Origin: Neovahlkampfia damariscottae | Lineage: Eukaryota | Reading direction: 5' to 3' | Length of the DNA stretch: 20,000 bases | NCBI GenBank assembly: GCA_016618085.1 | Contig: JABLTG010000107.1 | Coordinates: 47,965-67,964, forward strand | Shown: one piece after another, positions 1-11,744 of the stretch | How the letters are laid out: every line of letters starts with the position of its first letter | How positions within the stretch are numbered: position 1 is the stretch's first letter | Notes under the pieces: generated by a model | What the model was told of the DNA's origin: nothing | Seen by the model: the letters and a program-made list of their open reading frames with translations, nothing else | Database searches by the model: none | Made by a program: the position numbers and the translations under genes

Positions 1-2
1 AT

Positions 3-83
3 ACTTCATTTGTTGATCCAGATGATGAAGAAGATGAAGTTGCTTTTACAACATCACCTTTGAAGTCTTCTCTTTTTTTTTGA
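3..83 (+). CDS. 3' end of a gene entering from the left edge, product unknown
   Basis: Frame 3 is open from the window edge: TSFVDPDDEEDEVAFTTSPLKSSLFF then TGA at 81-83. It converges on the next gene's stop at 127. Confidence 0.45.
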   Translation, partial: TSFVDPDDEEDEVAFTTSPLKSSLFF

Positions 84-126
84 TGCTTAATGGTACTATT
101 AAAAAGTAAAATAGGTTGATAATTTC

Positions 127-905
127 TTACGGAAAGTTTTTATCATTACGTTGTGCAACTCTTAAATTATCATCTTCAAAAGCCAATTGAATATGAATAC
201 CTTTTGATAAATCAAAATCTTGTTGAACATCATAACCTTCTGAACGTACAAGAAATTTAACAAAAATTGATTTCTTTTTTTCAAGTAAATCAACTTCTAA
301 TGTTTCCATTTTATTAACTTCTTGATGTTTTGTCAAAGTTAACTTTAAACCTTTGTCAACATACAATTGAGTTGGTTCTTTGTATGAAGCAGGTACATTT
401 AAAAGATAAAAAATAACTTTTCCTTGTGGCTCAGGTTCCTTTTGAACAACAGTTTTCACTTTTGGTTTCAAATTTGGATCTTTTGGATTCAGACTTTTAT
501 CAAATACTTCTGATTCAGATTTTGTTGAACTAATTCTTGTTTCACCATCTTTTGAACTATTTTAGAATAAATTAAATATTTTTATATTTCTTACTCAAAG
601 TTATCATCAGTTCTTTGTTTTGTGATCAATCCTTCTGATTCTGAATAACTAAGATGAATGTGATCACCATGTTTGAACAATGAAAATTCTTTCACTTCAT
701 CAATACCCTTTTCTGGAATTTTAATTCCAAGATAAACTAAAAGATTTGAACCAAATTTGAGATCTGGTACTTCAACATCAATACATATTGGATTTGTGAG
801 TGATTCACTATGTTGAAAAATTGTTTGTTGATTTAAAATAATTTCAAAAGGTGAAGATGAAGAAGCTGGGATGTTTTCGCAAAATACGTGGACAGGTGTA
901 CTCAT
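127..905 (-). CDS. Uncharacterised ~246-aa protein made of two tandem copies of a ~100-aa beta-rich domain (2 exons)
   Basis: ORFs 591..1016 and 127..471 join in frame across a 38-nt GTAAG...TAG intron (557..594). Likely ATG at 905 (MSTPVHVF). The halves align: VHVFCENIPASSSSPFEI / VIFYLLNVPASYKEPTQL and GIDEVKEFSLFKHGDHIHLSY..QRTDDNF / GYDVQQDFDLSKGIHIQLAF..QRNDKNF. Confidence 0.75.
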
Positions 906-1080
906 CTTTGTTTTTTGTTTTGATAGAATTGATTGGTGGAATGGAATTAGAATAAATGATTGGTTGAGGTATTTTCCGAATTTTTCTATTCCATTTAAAT
1001 TCAAATTTAGAATCAATAGAAGGCGGTGTCATTTTTTTAAACGTTGAATTTTTGTCCAATCATCGATATTTCTTCAATTC
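906..1080. promoter_or_regulatory. 175-bp bidirectional promoter with CCAAT boxes facing both genes
   Basis: ATTGG at 932-936 and 959-963 (CCAATC on the minus strand, upstream of ATG 905) and CCAATC at 1056-1061 (upstream of ATG 1081). Confidence 0.5.
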
Positions 1081-3418
1081 ATGAGCAAATACTCAAACAA
1101 AGCACTGTTGTTTGGAATTGGAATAATATTCCATTTAATTTATTTATATAGCATATTTGATATTTATTTTAAATCACCAATTATTCATGGAATGCCAAAT
1201 TATCAAATAAAACAACCAGGAATTTCCAAAAGAATTGTTTATATTGTTTCAGATGGTCTGAGAAGTGATAAACTATATAATAATATTAATCAATTTCCAT
1301 TTTTTAAATCAATTATTAATGGTAATTCAAATCATGGAATTTCTCATACAAGAGTTCCTACAGAATCAAGACCTTGTCATGTTTCCATGATTTCTGGTTT
1401 TTATGAAGATGTATCAGCAGTATTTAATGGTTGGAAAGTCAATCCAGTTAAATTTGATTCAGTTTTTAATCAAAGTAATTTTGTTCTACAAATTGGATCA
1501 CCTGATGTTGTTCAAATTTATAAAGGAGACAATATGGAATCACATTTTTATAAAGAAGAAATGGAAGATTTTTCAAGAGATCCAAAAGAATTAGATGAAT
1601 GGGTATTCAAAAAATTTAACAAATTAAAAAATCACAAAAAATTAAAACAAGAAAAAGTATTTTTATTTCTTCATTTATTAGGAATGGATTCAGCAGGTCA
1701 TTCTTTTAAACCAAATAGTCCAGAATATATTGAAGGTATTAAATATTTAGACTTGGAAATATCAAAATTATATAAAACTATTGAAGAAATGTTTCCAGAT
1801 AAAAAAACAACTTATATCTTTACATCTGATCATGGTATGACAGATAGAGGATCACATGGATCAGGTGAACTTGATTGTACAAGAACACCATTTATTTTAT
1901 GGGGAAATGGAGTATTAAAATCAAATATTGATATTCAACAAGTTGATATGGCACCAATATTTGCATCATTTTTAGGAATACCTTATCCTTCGAATAATAT
2001 TGGAAAATTACCAATACAGTTAATAAATTCAACTGAATCTTATAAAATTGAAAATTTATGTGTTAACGCAAAACAGATATTTTCACAATTAGAAAGAAGA
2101 AAAGAATTAAAAAAATTATCATTTTTTCATTCAAATTTTTATTTGAATTGGGATGATTCAATTGAATTGGATTTAAAAAATGAGAGATATTCATTGGTTA
2201 AAAATAAATGTGATAAAATGATATCAGAATCATTAAAAGGATTAGAATATTATCAAAAATATGATTGGCCATTATTAATGACTATAATAACCTGTGGATA
2301 TTTTGGTTGGATAATCACATCTTTAAACCAATCATTTCATGTAAGAGAATATATTCTTCATTTTTCACCCTATTTAGTTTGACAAATATTCAATTTTTGT
2401 TTATATTTCATTTTCCATTTATTTTTTTATTCAAAAATTTCCAATTTTATATTATATTTATATTTTATTTCCAATTTTATTTTTAAGAAAGATACCATTA
2501 AATTTTGAATTTTTAAATATTTCAAATTTATTCATTTTAGAATCAATTGTAGGTGGATATTTTTATCGTGAAATATTTTCATTATTATTTTTATATTTTT
2601 CAATTTCAAAAAGATCAATTTTGATTTCATTTTTAAGTATTTTTACAATATTACCATTAGATTTAACTGATAATAGATTAGTATTTTTAGGTGGAATTCT
2701 TTTAATTCTATTCATTAAAAACAAAAATTCAATCATTTTATTTCAAAAACTATTAATCATTTTATCAATATTGATTGTTTATTTTACAGATAAATCATTA
2801 GAATTGAAACAAGGAAGTCCATTAGTATTATATAGTTGGATTTTATTTTTCTCTTCTTTTTTAATGTCAATATTTGTAAATGAAATTGAAAGTATTTGTT
2901 TAGGTTTTTCAATTCCATTGATTTTATTGAGTGTTTCATATGAAGTCATCTATTTTTTTATTCTTTCAATGATTTTATTAAAAGAAATTGATTATAAAAG
3001 TAAAGATTGTTCTTTACAATTTATAATGTTGATACATGTTTCATTTTTTGGTTGTGGTAATTTAGCAAGTATTTCATCATTTCAATTATCATCGGTTTAT
3101 AGATTTGTCACTATATTTAGTCCATTTTTAATGGCAATATTATTAATTTTAAAAGTGATTATTCCAATGTTATTGGTTGTTATATTTTTTCATTCATTTA
3201 AAAAAAATCAAAATTTTTGGTTTGAGATTTTAGGATTATCAGATTTTATGACATTAAATTTATTTTATTTGGTAAAAGATCAAGGTAGTTGGTTAGAAAT
3301 TGGAAATTCAATAAGTCGATTTTGTATAATGAATTTACAAATTATTGTTCAATTATTTCTATTTTTTATTGGAAAAATATTTTTAATAAAACGAACCAAT
3401 GAAAAGAAAAATGAATAA
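1081..3418 (+). CDS. PIGN: GPI ethanolamine-phosphate transferase 1 (PIG-N/Mcd4), 766 aa, 2 exons
   Basis: Motifs SIFDIYFKSP, IVSDGLRSD, HTRVPTESRPCHV..GFYED, LHLLGMDSAGH, FTSDHGM..GSHG; multi-TM C-terminus with FFGCGNLASISSF and VKDQGSWLEIG. Intron 2341..2377 (37 nt, GTAAG..TAG) joins 1081..2340 to 2378..3418 in frame. Confidence 0.95.
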
Positions 3419-3419
3419 T

Positions 3420-5696
3420 TTATTTTCTTGGTTCAACTTTTAATGACATTTGATATAATTCTTCAGAATCAATTGATTCTTGAATCATTAATAAATTTCT
3501 TATTTCATTATAAATTAAAATTGAATATGATGTATTTTGGTAAAATTGAATATCTTTTAAAATATCAGCCAATAATTTACATTTTGAAAAATGAATTAAA
3601 TCATTTTTTTTATCTGGATTTCCATCTTCAATGAATGTTAGGTCTTTTAAATACATTCCAATATAAGGAACGCAAGGTGGAAATGAATCTTTTAATGCTG
3701 TTCTTAATCCTTTATAATTTGATAAAGAAGAAGTAATATCTTTTAATCTTTCATATTCTGACATATATTTTTTTGGTACTAAATGCCATGTTTTTTTTAA
3801 TCTAAATATTGGATTGGAATTTAATCCAGAAATTAATCCAACTAATGCATTGAAACAATGAAGTTCTTCCAATCTCTTAAATAATTTAATAATTTTCAAA
3901 ATTTACTTGTGCAATTTTAATGAATTTTGTTAAAACTTGAGTTCTTTCTTTTACATCTTTTCTTTTTAAAATTTCAAAAGCAACCCAATCAGATAAAATA
4001 TTTGATCTTTGAATCATAAAATTTATATTTGGTGCTTTTGCTTCTCTTGATTCATCTGTCCAATTTGAATTCAAAAATTCTTTTGATTTTAAATTTTTAA
4101 ACATTGAAAATCTAAAAATAAGAGATTAGTAAGTAATCTTAATTACTCAATTAAAGTAATTTGATTCGCAATTTCATCTTCTTTAAATTTTAATATTTGA
4201 GTTGTTTTATTTCTTGGATGTTTTACATAAATTTCATTCCATTGTTGTTCTTCAAATGTAGTTCTTAAACGATTCATATGTGAAAAAGCTATTTTTGTTA
4301 ATAATTCACCTTCTGCTTTCATTTTTGTTTTTATTAATGATTTTGAAAATTCAATAAAATCATTTCTTAAATTTTTATCTTCTCTAAAATCAGAATAATG
4401 TTGTGATATCCATCTACTTAAAATTTGAGTTACACATTTTCTGATTGGATAAAGTGTAGTTTTATAAAAAATTGCAAAATCTTCATTTGAAATATCAGAT
4501 GAATTTGGTGGTGTATTATATCTCAATTCAATAACTTTTAATAATTCAGGTCCAGTTATAAAAGATCTATAAGTCAATAATAATGTATGTATTGCATCAT
4601 GATTAATATCATATTCATTATTGGTAATCTTTTGAACAATCTTTTCAACAGTTGCATATTTAATTCTTCCATTATCTTCAAATATTATATTACTATCATC
4701 ATCTGTTTCTTCAAATTTAGAAAATATTTTTAAATCTTCTTCTTTGAATAATTTTTCAATATTTTCATCATCTTTACAATTAATATAATATTCCCATGGT
4801 GGTGATGTAAACTTTTTTACTTTTAAACTTTTTACTCTTTTCTTTTTTTCAGTTAATGTTTTTTCTTCTTTTATTTCATCAATTCTTGTTTCATTTGATT
4901 CAATAACTTCTTCAATTCTTGTTTTATCTTCTTCTTGTTCTGAAACTTCTTCTATTTTTGATACACCACCTGGTGATGATTTTTCACTTAAATCTGATGT
5001 TTTAATTTGTAATTGTGATGTATTTGGTGTTGTTGGTCCTGATTCTGTATCAAATACTTCAGGTGATTCTACAAATGATCCTCCTAAGAAATTATCTTCA
5101 TCTTCTTCATCTTCGTCTTCTTCTTCATCATATTCATCATCTCCTCCAGTTTGTTGAGAGTATTTTTCTTCTAATTCTTCAACTGCGTTATCTAATTTTT
5201 GTTTATTTTCCATGAGTGTATCCATTTCTTTTTGTAATTCTTCCATTTGTTCTTGAATATCTCCTATTCTTTGTATGGTAAGGTCTCTTTCATTTTTCAA
5301 CTCGTCAATATCATAAAGACTTGCTAATAATTTTGTTGTTGAAGAATTATTACCACGTGGAATTTCTATTCTTGTTGGTGCTAATTTTTTTTGTTGTTGT
5401 TGTTTTTTTCCTGCTAAAAGTTTTGACAATAAACCAACTGCTCCACCTGGATTTTTTGGTGTATTTCTTCCAGAAGGTATTTCACTAACACTTCTACTCT
5501 TCTTGGAAGTTGGTGAACTATCATATGGAATTTCTAAAGTTGGTTCTTTCAATACAGATTCTTTTGGAGGTGAATTTGGTGACAAACCAAGTTTATCTTC
5601 TTTTGCTCTGGCTTGTTTCATAGCTTCTATAAAAGTTAGTAATTCATTAATAAATCACAAACCATAAGCACTAGCCTCTGTTTTACTCTCAAACAT
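3420..5696 (-). CDS. Ras guanine-nucleotide exchange factor (coiled-coil/acidic N-terminus, REM domain, CDC25 domain), ~724 aa, 4 exons
   Basis: REM motifs IKYATVEKIV, LLLTYRSFITG..LL, RWISQHYSDF; CDC25 motifs EIANQITLIE, PIFRLKKTW, PPCVPYIGMYLKDLTFIEDGN, SLKVEPR. Introns 5627..5662 (contains TACTAAC), 4112..4146, 3876..3906 all restore frame. Start at 5696, or an in-frame ATG at 5732. Confidence 0.92.
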
Positions 5697-5820
5697 CACC
5701 AATTTTTTTAGCCAATGATTCTTCTTCAACATGTGAACGTTTTAAAAACTTAAAAAAATATCAAATGAATAAAAAAAAAAATTAAAATTCTATTTGACCA
5801 TTTGAAAGTTTTATTGATCC

Positions 5821-7357
5821 TCATTTGTTATTTTTACCAATCAATTCAATTTCGTTTGATTTATTTTTACCAAAACAGTCATCTAAAACTTTTTCAAGTC
5901 TTTGAAAGAATAATTTAATTTCCTCTTTTCTAATTCCAATAGCACATGCAATTGTTAAATATGCATGTGGATACTTGTTTGTATGAGAACCATATCCATC
6001 AAACTTGATTCCACAAATTTCTTTCTTTGTACCTGGTACGACAACTCTTGGACCTGAAATATTTCTATAAAATAATTTTGATCCAATCATACTTGGATCT
6101 TTAAAATTATCCAATGTCATAACGAATGATATTTCATTACTTTTAGTTTTTAATATTTTTTCATTAAATTTCTTTGCAACCTTTTCAGCTTCATTTACAA
6201 ATTCATTCAACATTGATTCTCTTTCTTTTAATAAATCAATCCAACCATTTTCACCCAATGATAATAATGTTATAAAAATATCAAGAACAGATGAAATTGA
6301 TCCTCTTCCTGAATAAACTTGAGCAACAGAATCAATAAATTTATCATCACTTGATGCAATAATAGCACCACCAACAGGTACCATATAATTCTAAAAAAGG
6401 ATTAAATTCTCCAAATAAAAACAAACCTTATCTGTACTTTGAACAAATGCATCAACTCTACCTTGAACAGATGCTGTTGATAATTGATTCATTATTTTTC
6501 TACTTTGAATTCCATAAGCATTATTCACTACATGTGGAATATTATATTTTTTACATAATTTTGCAATGTCAATAACTCTATCAGGTAATCTAGGTGCAAA
6601 ACATGATGTTGTGGACATTACACATAATATTTCATCTTTCATTTCAATCATTTTTTTTTCCATTTTATCTAAATCTGTGATTAATCCATCTTCATTTTCG
6701 TCAATCAATTTTTGTATCTTTTTGTTATCAGATTTTTTATCTTTTTGAAAATTTAATTCAACAACTTCTGGTGTTAAACTAGCTGTAAATATTGATTTAA
6801 AACATGATTTTTGATCAATTCTTGACCAAAGTACATATTTTCCTTTTTTGTTTTTTGAAGCTAATGTAGTAAAAACTAATGACAATGACATTCCAGTGCA
6901 CATTGGTACAACTATACATTTCTTTGTTGATTGTCCACCTGCTAACTTTATCGAATGTAAAACCATTAAATTTGTTAAACTTAAAATCAATGAACTTCCT
7001 GCTGCTTTTGGTTGATTTGCTGCAATATCTCCACTCCTAAAAAAAAATAAGTTGATATTCACTCTACCTTCCAATTCCATGAGTCAAGAAGTAATTTCTT
7101 TTTTGAACTAAACTACTATAAACTCTTCCTTCACGTTCACCAACACCAACATTTGTAGGATAATTATTTGAATCCATTTGTGATAATTGTGATATAAATA
7201 ATTCAATTAAAGAGTCACTCCAACCTTCAAGAGGTAGTTTTCTTTGACTGAGTAAAGTTTGAATTTTTTTTTGTGTTTTTTGAACTGCTTGTTGAGACTG
7301 TTTGACATAATTTGTAGAAATTAAGTTTTCAGCCAGTTTAAAACAATCATCATTCAT
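5821..7357 (-). CDS. SEPSECS: O-phosphoseryl-tRNA(Sec) selenium transferase (selenocysteine synthase), 489 aa, 3 exons
   Basis: Motifs MDSNN..VGVGEREGR, HGIGRSGDI..QPKAAGS, WSRIDQKSC, STTSCFAPR, HVVNNAYG, PLP-lysine motif QSTDKNYMVPVGG after splicing. Introns 7037..7067 and 6391..6426. Confidence 0.97.
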
Positions 7358-7427
7358 TGTGTGGACTTTGTTTGCAAGTTAAATGTAATTGGTCAATCTA
7401 TATTCAATAAAGAAACTTTATTTTTGA

Positions 7428-8659
7428 CTAATCTGAACTCATCAAAGATAAATCATGAATTTTACCACCCTTTTCAAGGTAGTTAAACCATTTAATTGGT
7501 TCATTTCCTAATTTAAAGTTTAAAACAAATTCGAATTCTCTAACCTCTCAATTTCTTTTTTCGACTTTTTAAATCATCCATCAATTCATCATAAGAAATC
7601 CAAACAGATTGAAGTGATTCAAAATCCGACACGTTTTTTAAAGGAGCATCTTTATCTTTTGGTGTCGCATAAAATATACATCTTTGTTTTGCTCCACCTT
7701 AACAATTTAATTGATGATTTAAAATTACCATTTTTGTAAGGCCAATATTCAAAACCTAAAATACCTTCTAAATTCACATCAATACCTCCTTCTTCTTTGG
7801 TTTCTCTGATTGCTGCTTCAAAAAATGTTTCTCCTGCATCAACTCTACCAGCTGGCAACCACCTGGTAAAATATATTTAATATGATGATTTTCAATACCA
7901 TCCAACTGAACATCCTTCTTGTACTAATAAATATTTTCCATTTGGATGTCTGCAAATAACCAAGGAAAATGAATAAACATCATTCATTTCCCTTTTTTTT
8001 TCAATCCTCGAATCTGGTCCATGTTCAAGAAATATATGTGATGAGAAACCCCAACTTTCGTTTCCTTTCTTTTCATGGCATCTTTTTGAGTTATTTGCAA
8101 TGCAAATAGGACATTTTGCAAAAAAAAACTCATCACCATGAAATTTTGGATAATGATACCATAATTCATCTTCAGTGAATCCATTTACATAACAGCATGG
8201 ACAATAAATATTACGAACTAAATGATTAAATCAATTGAAAAAGTTACTTTGTTTTGTTGGTGACTTAATTGTTGAAGAAGGAACTATAACCAATTCCCAT
8301 TCATCTCCTTTGGTTGATAACTTGATTTCATCACTCTTTAAAGAAATAGATGAAGTACATTTGGAGTCAGTTCCAATGAATAAATTTCTTTTGTCTGTAT
8401 CTGTTCTTTTTACAAACCAATTTCCTTCAATATTATCTTTTAAACATAATTTATCATTATTTGTTGTGATGTTCAACTTTAGTTCATCTTTTATGACGTA
8501 TTTGAAGTTCCAAACTGTTGAGTTTTTTTTTGTTTTTTCAAGACCAAGTTTACTTGAGTTTAAACATAAAAATGAATCTGTTTTGACATGTCTTATGTAC
8601 ACGTTGCATGGTGTTACTTCATTCTTTTCAAAAGAGTTATGATACTTCTCTTGCATCAT
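7428..8659 (-). CDS. Nudix hydrolase (NUDT18-like) fused to an N-terminal beta-trefoil-like domain and a Di19/KCMF1-type zinc finger pair, 365 aa, 5 exons
   Basis: Exons 8248..8659, 7899..8217, 7729..7862, 7545..7697, 7428..7507 (introns of 30, 36, 31, 37 nt) give one open frame of 1098 nt. It contains YCPCC..FTEDELWYHYPKFH..CPIC..HIFLEH, then YLLVQE..WWLPAGRVDAGETFFEAAIRETKEEGGI (full Nudix box). The beta-trefoil call for exon 1 is tentative. Confidence 0.82.
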
Positions 8660-9032
8660 TTTGTTTTATCTCTAAAAATAATTACGAAAATGATTGGTTT
8701 ATTTAATTCAATCATTCTCTTCCTGTTGATTTTTTATTTCTTCCAATGAAAGAAAAATTGAAATAAATATCAGTCCATAAGTTTTAAATTTGTTTCTGTT
8801 AATTTGGTCAAAAGGTTGCATGATTTTTGAAATAATTTATGCTTCTTTTCCAATTATTTTATCAACCAAGTTTCAAATTGTTCATCTGTCTAGTTCCAAT
8901 AATCTTTACTTTTATCAGTTTATCACCTGATGAAATATTTTTGTATTGTTTGCATTTTTAGGAATATATTTTTCTAATTTATCAACATCATGTTTTAAGA
9001 ATAAGATTATTGATATCCTTTTGATAATTTTC

Positions 9033-9200
9033 TTACCATCTACTCCATTATTTCCAGGTCCACAAATAAAATAGGAATTTTTCAACGGTAAACATTTTAA
9101 AACATGTCAAGTCAAAAAGCTAATTCCATGAGATGGTCATTGAAAAACCTTGTTCTTCTGACATAAATACCAACACATCAGTTGACTCTTTTGTTTCAAA
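9033..9200 (-). pseudogene. NAXE: Degraded NAD(P)HX epimerase (NAXE/YjeF-N) remnant
   Basis: With two single-base frameshifts the minus strand reads LKQ(K)ESTDVLVFMSEEQGFS(x)DHLMELA followed by a stop, then FICGPGNNGVDG at ~9070-9035. This resembles the NAXE pattern QLMELAG...VICGPGNNGGDG. I found no recognisable intact downstream domain. Confidence 0.7.
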
Positions 9201-9445
9201 ACTTAGTTATTTTAGAAAAAACAAACTGGTCACTCACATGATTGATGTGAATGTTATGGTAATTAATTTTACCAAACTTAGAACCATCCAATAAAAACTA
9301 AACGGTTAAACTTTTTCTCGAATGATAAAAACTTTCAATCTCATAGATCCGTATAGTTTCTTTCTTGAATATTGACTTTGTATAAATCGGCCAATTGGCA
9401 GTCAATAATTCTAATCCAATCACATCGAGTTTTGGCGTAACGACG

Positions 9446-11721
9446 ATGAGTCTGCACAAAATAAATAAAGACCGAAAGAAAACGACATTGGATCATCAAG
9501 ATAAATCAAAATTAGGTCCAACACAAAACTCAATAAAAAGAAAAGATTCAATTATCGGAATAATTTTTGGCGGAAAAAAGACAAAGAGCTTACAAAATGT
9601 GACTGCCATTCAATCAAACGAAGAAAGAAATGGAAGTTTTGGTAATATATTCAGCAGTAGAGGAGTGAAGAAGCAATCATCAGATTCCACCATGACATCA
9701 CGTCGCGAGTCTGTAAAAAACTTTGTAACCATACCAGAAAAAGGTTTTATTTTTCATAAGATTAACATCTTTAGAATTTACTGATAAATTTAAAATTGAA
9801 TTTGTATGTCATCCTGGTTCAACTTTAATTCGTCTTTTTCATCAATTTATATTCGAAGTAACACCTGAATTTGAAACCTATTCAACCTTTTATATACTCT
9901 TACACAAGACATTTGATCAAAAATCAAAGAATGAAAATAGGCATCAAGAAACGAAAAATTTATTGACAAATTTTTTACAAGAAGATTCCAAAATAGATTT
10001 ATCAAAAATAGATCAAAAAGAAAAGAAAAGAGTTTTTGATGATTTTGAAAAATGTTCACTTGAAAATCCACCTACAATTCAACTTTTTTCAAATATAACG
10101 AAAAAAATTCTGGAACTTCTGGAGGAAAACTCATTAGATAAATTTTTACAGTCTGAAATTTTTAGACATTACGCAGAAGAGTATTGTGGTGCTACTTATT
10201 TTGAAGGTACTTATTCTGTTGAAAAAGAAGAATATGAAGCCGAACAAAGAACAGGTTTAAAATATAAAAAAGTTTAACTTTTAAAAAGCAAAATCCACAA
10301 GTAGAGGAAAAGTAGATTTTATAAATCCAGCAGATTATTATTTGACAGACTTTAAAGAATGTGAAAAATTAAAATTAGATACAAAAGATATTGAATTTTT
10401 TGAAGAAGAAATTGTTGAAACATCAACAAAATTAAAAGAAATAAAAAAGAAAAGGGAAGTTAAATGTGCAACACTTGATAAATTAGTTGAACAAGCAACA
10501 AATAATACACATATTGATCACAGTTTGATTTGTACAAGTATTAATCATTTTTTTACAAGATAATGAATTTCAATATGCTTTTCTTTTGACCTATAGATCA
10601 TTTACAACACCACAAGAATTAATGGATAAATTAATTGTACGTTTTTTTACACCACCACCTGATGAAGTATCAATTGAAAATTTTGGAGATTGGCAAAAAG
10701 TACATTTACAAAAAACTAGACTTTTAGTTGCAAAATTAATAAAATCATGGATGGAAAATCATTTTTATGATTTTGATGATGATAAAGAATTAGTTGCAAA
10801 ATTAGCAAAATTTATAAATATGATGAAACAAACAAAAGGTGATTATTTTGCAAAATCATTACAACAAACATTAATTAAAATGAAATCTGAAGATCCAAAT
10901 AAAAGTAAATTTGAAATTGATTCAACAAAATGTCCAAAATCAATAATACCAAAACAAATACCAAAAGAAATATTTGAATGGTCAGAAAAAGAAATTGCAA
11001 GACAAATATCTTTAATGGAATTTGATTTATATATTAAAATTGAACCAAAAGAATGTTTAAACAATAGTTGGACTCCAGAAAATAGACCAATAAAAGCACC
11101 AAATTTAAATGCTGTAATGGAATGGTTTAATAAATTATCAAGATATGCATCATTTATAATTTTGAATCAAAAAGAAGATAAAAAAAGAGCATTAATGATT
11201 TCTAAAATAATAAGAACTGCCAATGAATGTAAATTACTGAATAATTATAATGCATGTTTGGAATTAATATCTGCAACAACAATTACTCCAAGTAATTTAT
11301 TAAACAAAAAATTAAATTATCTTTTTTAGTTTTTCGTTTGAAAAAAACATGGAAATTGGTTCCAAAAAAAGATTTAAATTTACAAGAAGAATTACTACAA
11401 TATGTTTCATCAAAAGGAAATTTTAAAGTTTTAAGAGATGCACTATTAAAAATATCACCTCCTTGTATTCCTTATATTGGTTTGTTATTACGTGATTTAA
11501 CCTATGCTGATGATACACATCCAAATCAATTGAATGAAAAAATTAATTTTAAAAAAAGAAAACAAATAGCAAGTTTAATCAGAGATTGGAAAAATAATTT
11601 AAATTCTCCTTATGCATTGTTAAAAATATCAGATTTATCTGATCTGTTACTTGAAATACCAGAAATTGATGAATCCATTTTTGCAAAATTAAGTATGGAA
11701 GTAGAACCAAAGAAAGAATAA
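9446..11721 (+). CDS. RGS-domain RasGEF (RGS + REM + CDC25), 711 aa, 5 exons
   Basis: Introns 9744..9774, 10255..10288, 10523..10559, 11292..11329 restore frame. RGS-like helices: LLTNFLQEDSKIDL..LFSNITKKILELLEENSLDKFLQSEIF. REM: VKCATLDKLVE, FLLTYRSFTTPQELM, WMENHFYDF. CDC25: EIARQISLME, PIFRLKKTW, PPCIPYIGLLLRDLTY, INFKKR, SMEVEP. Confidence 0.9.
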
Positions 11722-11744
11722 TCACATTTTAAAATTGATGTAAA

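Noticed and set aside
5821..5823. TGA stops (here, 81-83 and 17215-17217) as selenocysteine codons
   Set aside because: They fall at plausible protein C-termini, with no redox motif context and no SECIS-like hairpin seen downstream.
7984..8184. 66-aa ORF from the track
   Set aside because: Wrong frame; the overlapping frame encodes the Zn-finger exon of the Nudix fusion gene.
8235..8642. Antisense and alternate-frame ORFs (also 844..1059, 1403..1594, 2265..2486, 3428..3634, 5015..5215, 6566..6748, 9847..10071, 10843..11064, 11859..12082, 13127..13345, 13651..14064, 14128..14361, 14488..14787, 16774..16962, 18532..18717)
   Set aside because: Shadows of real genes with biased composition and no recognisable motifs.
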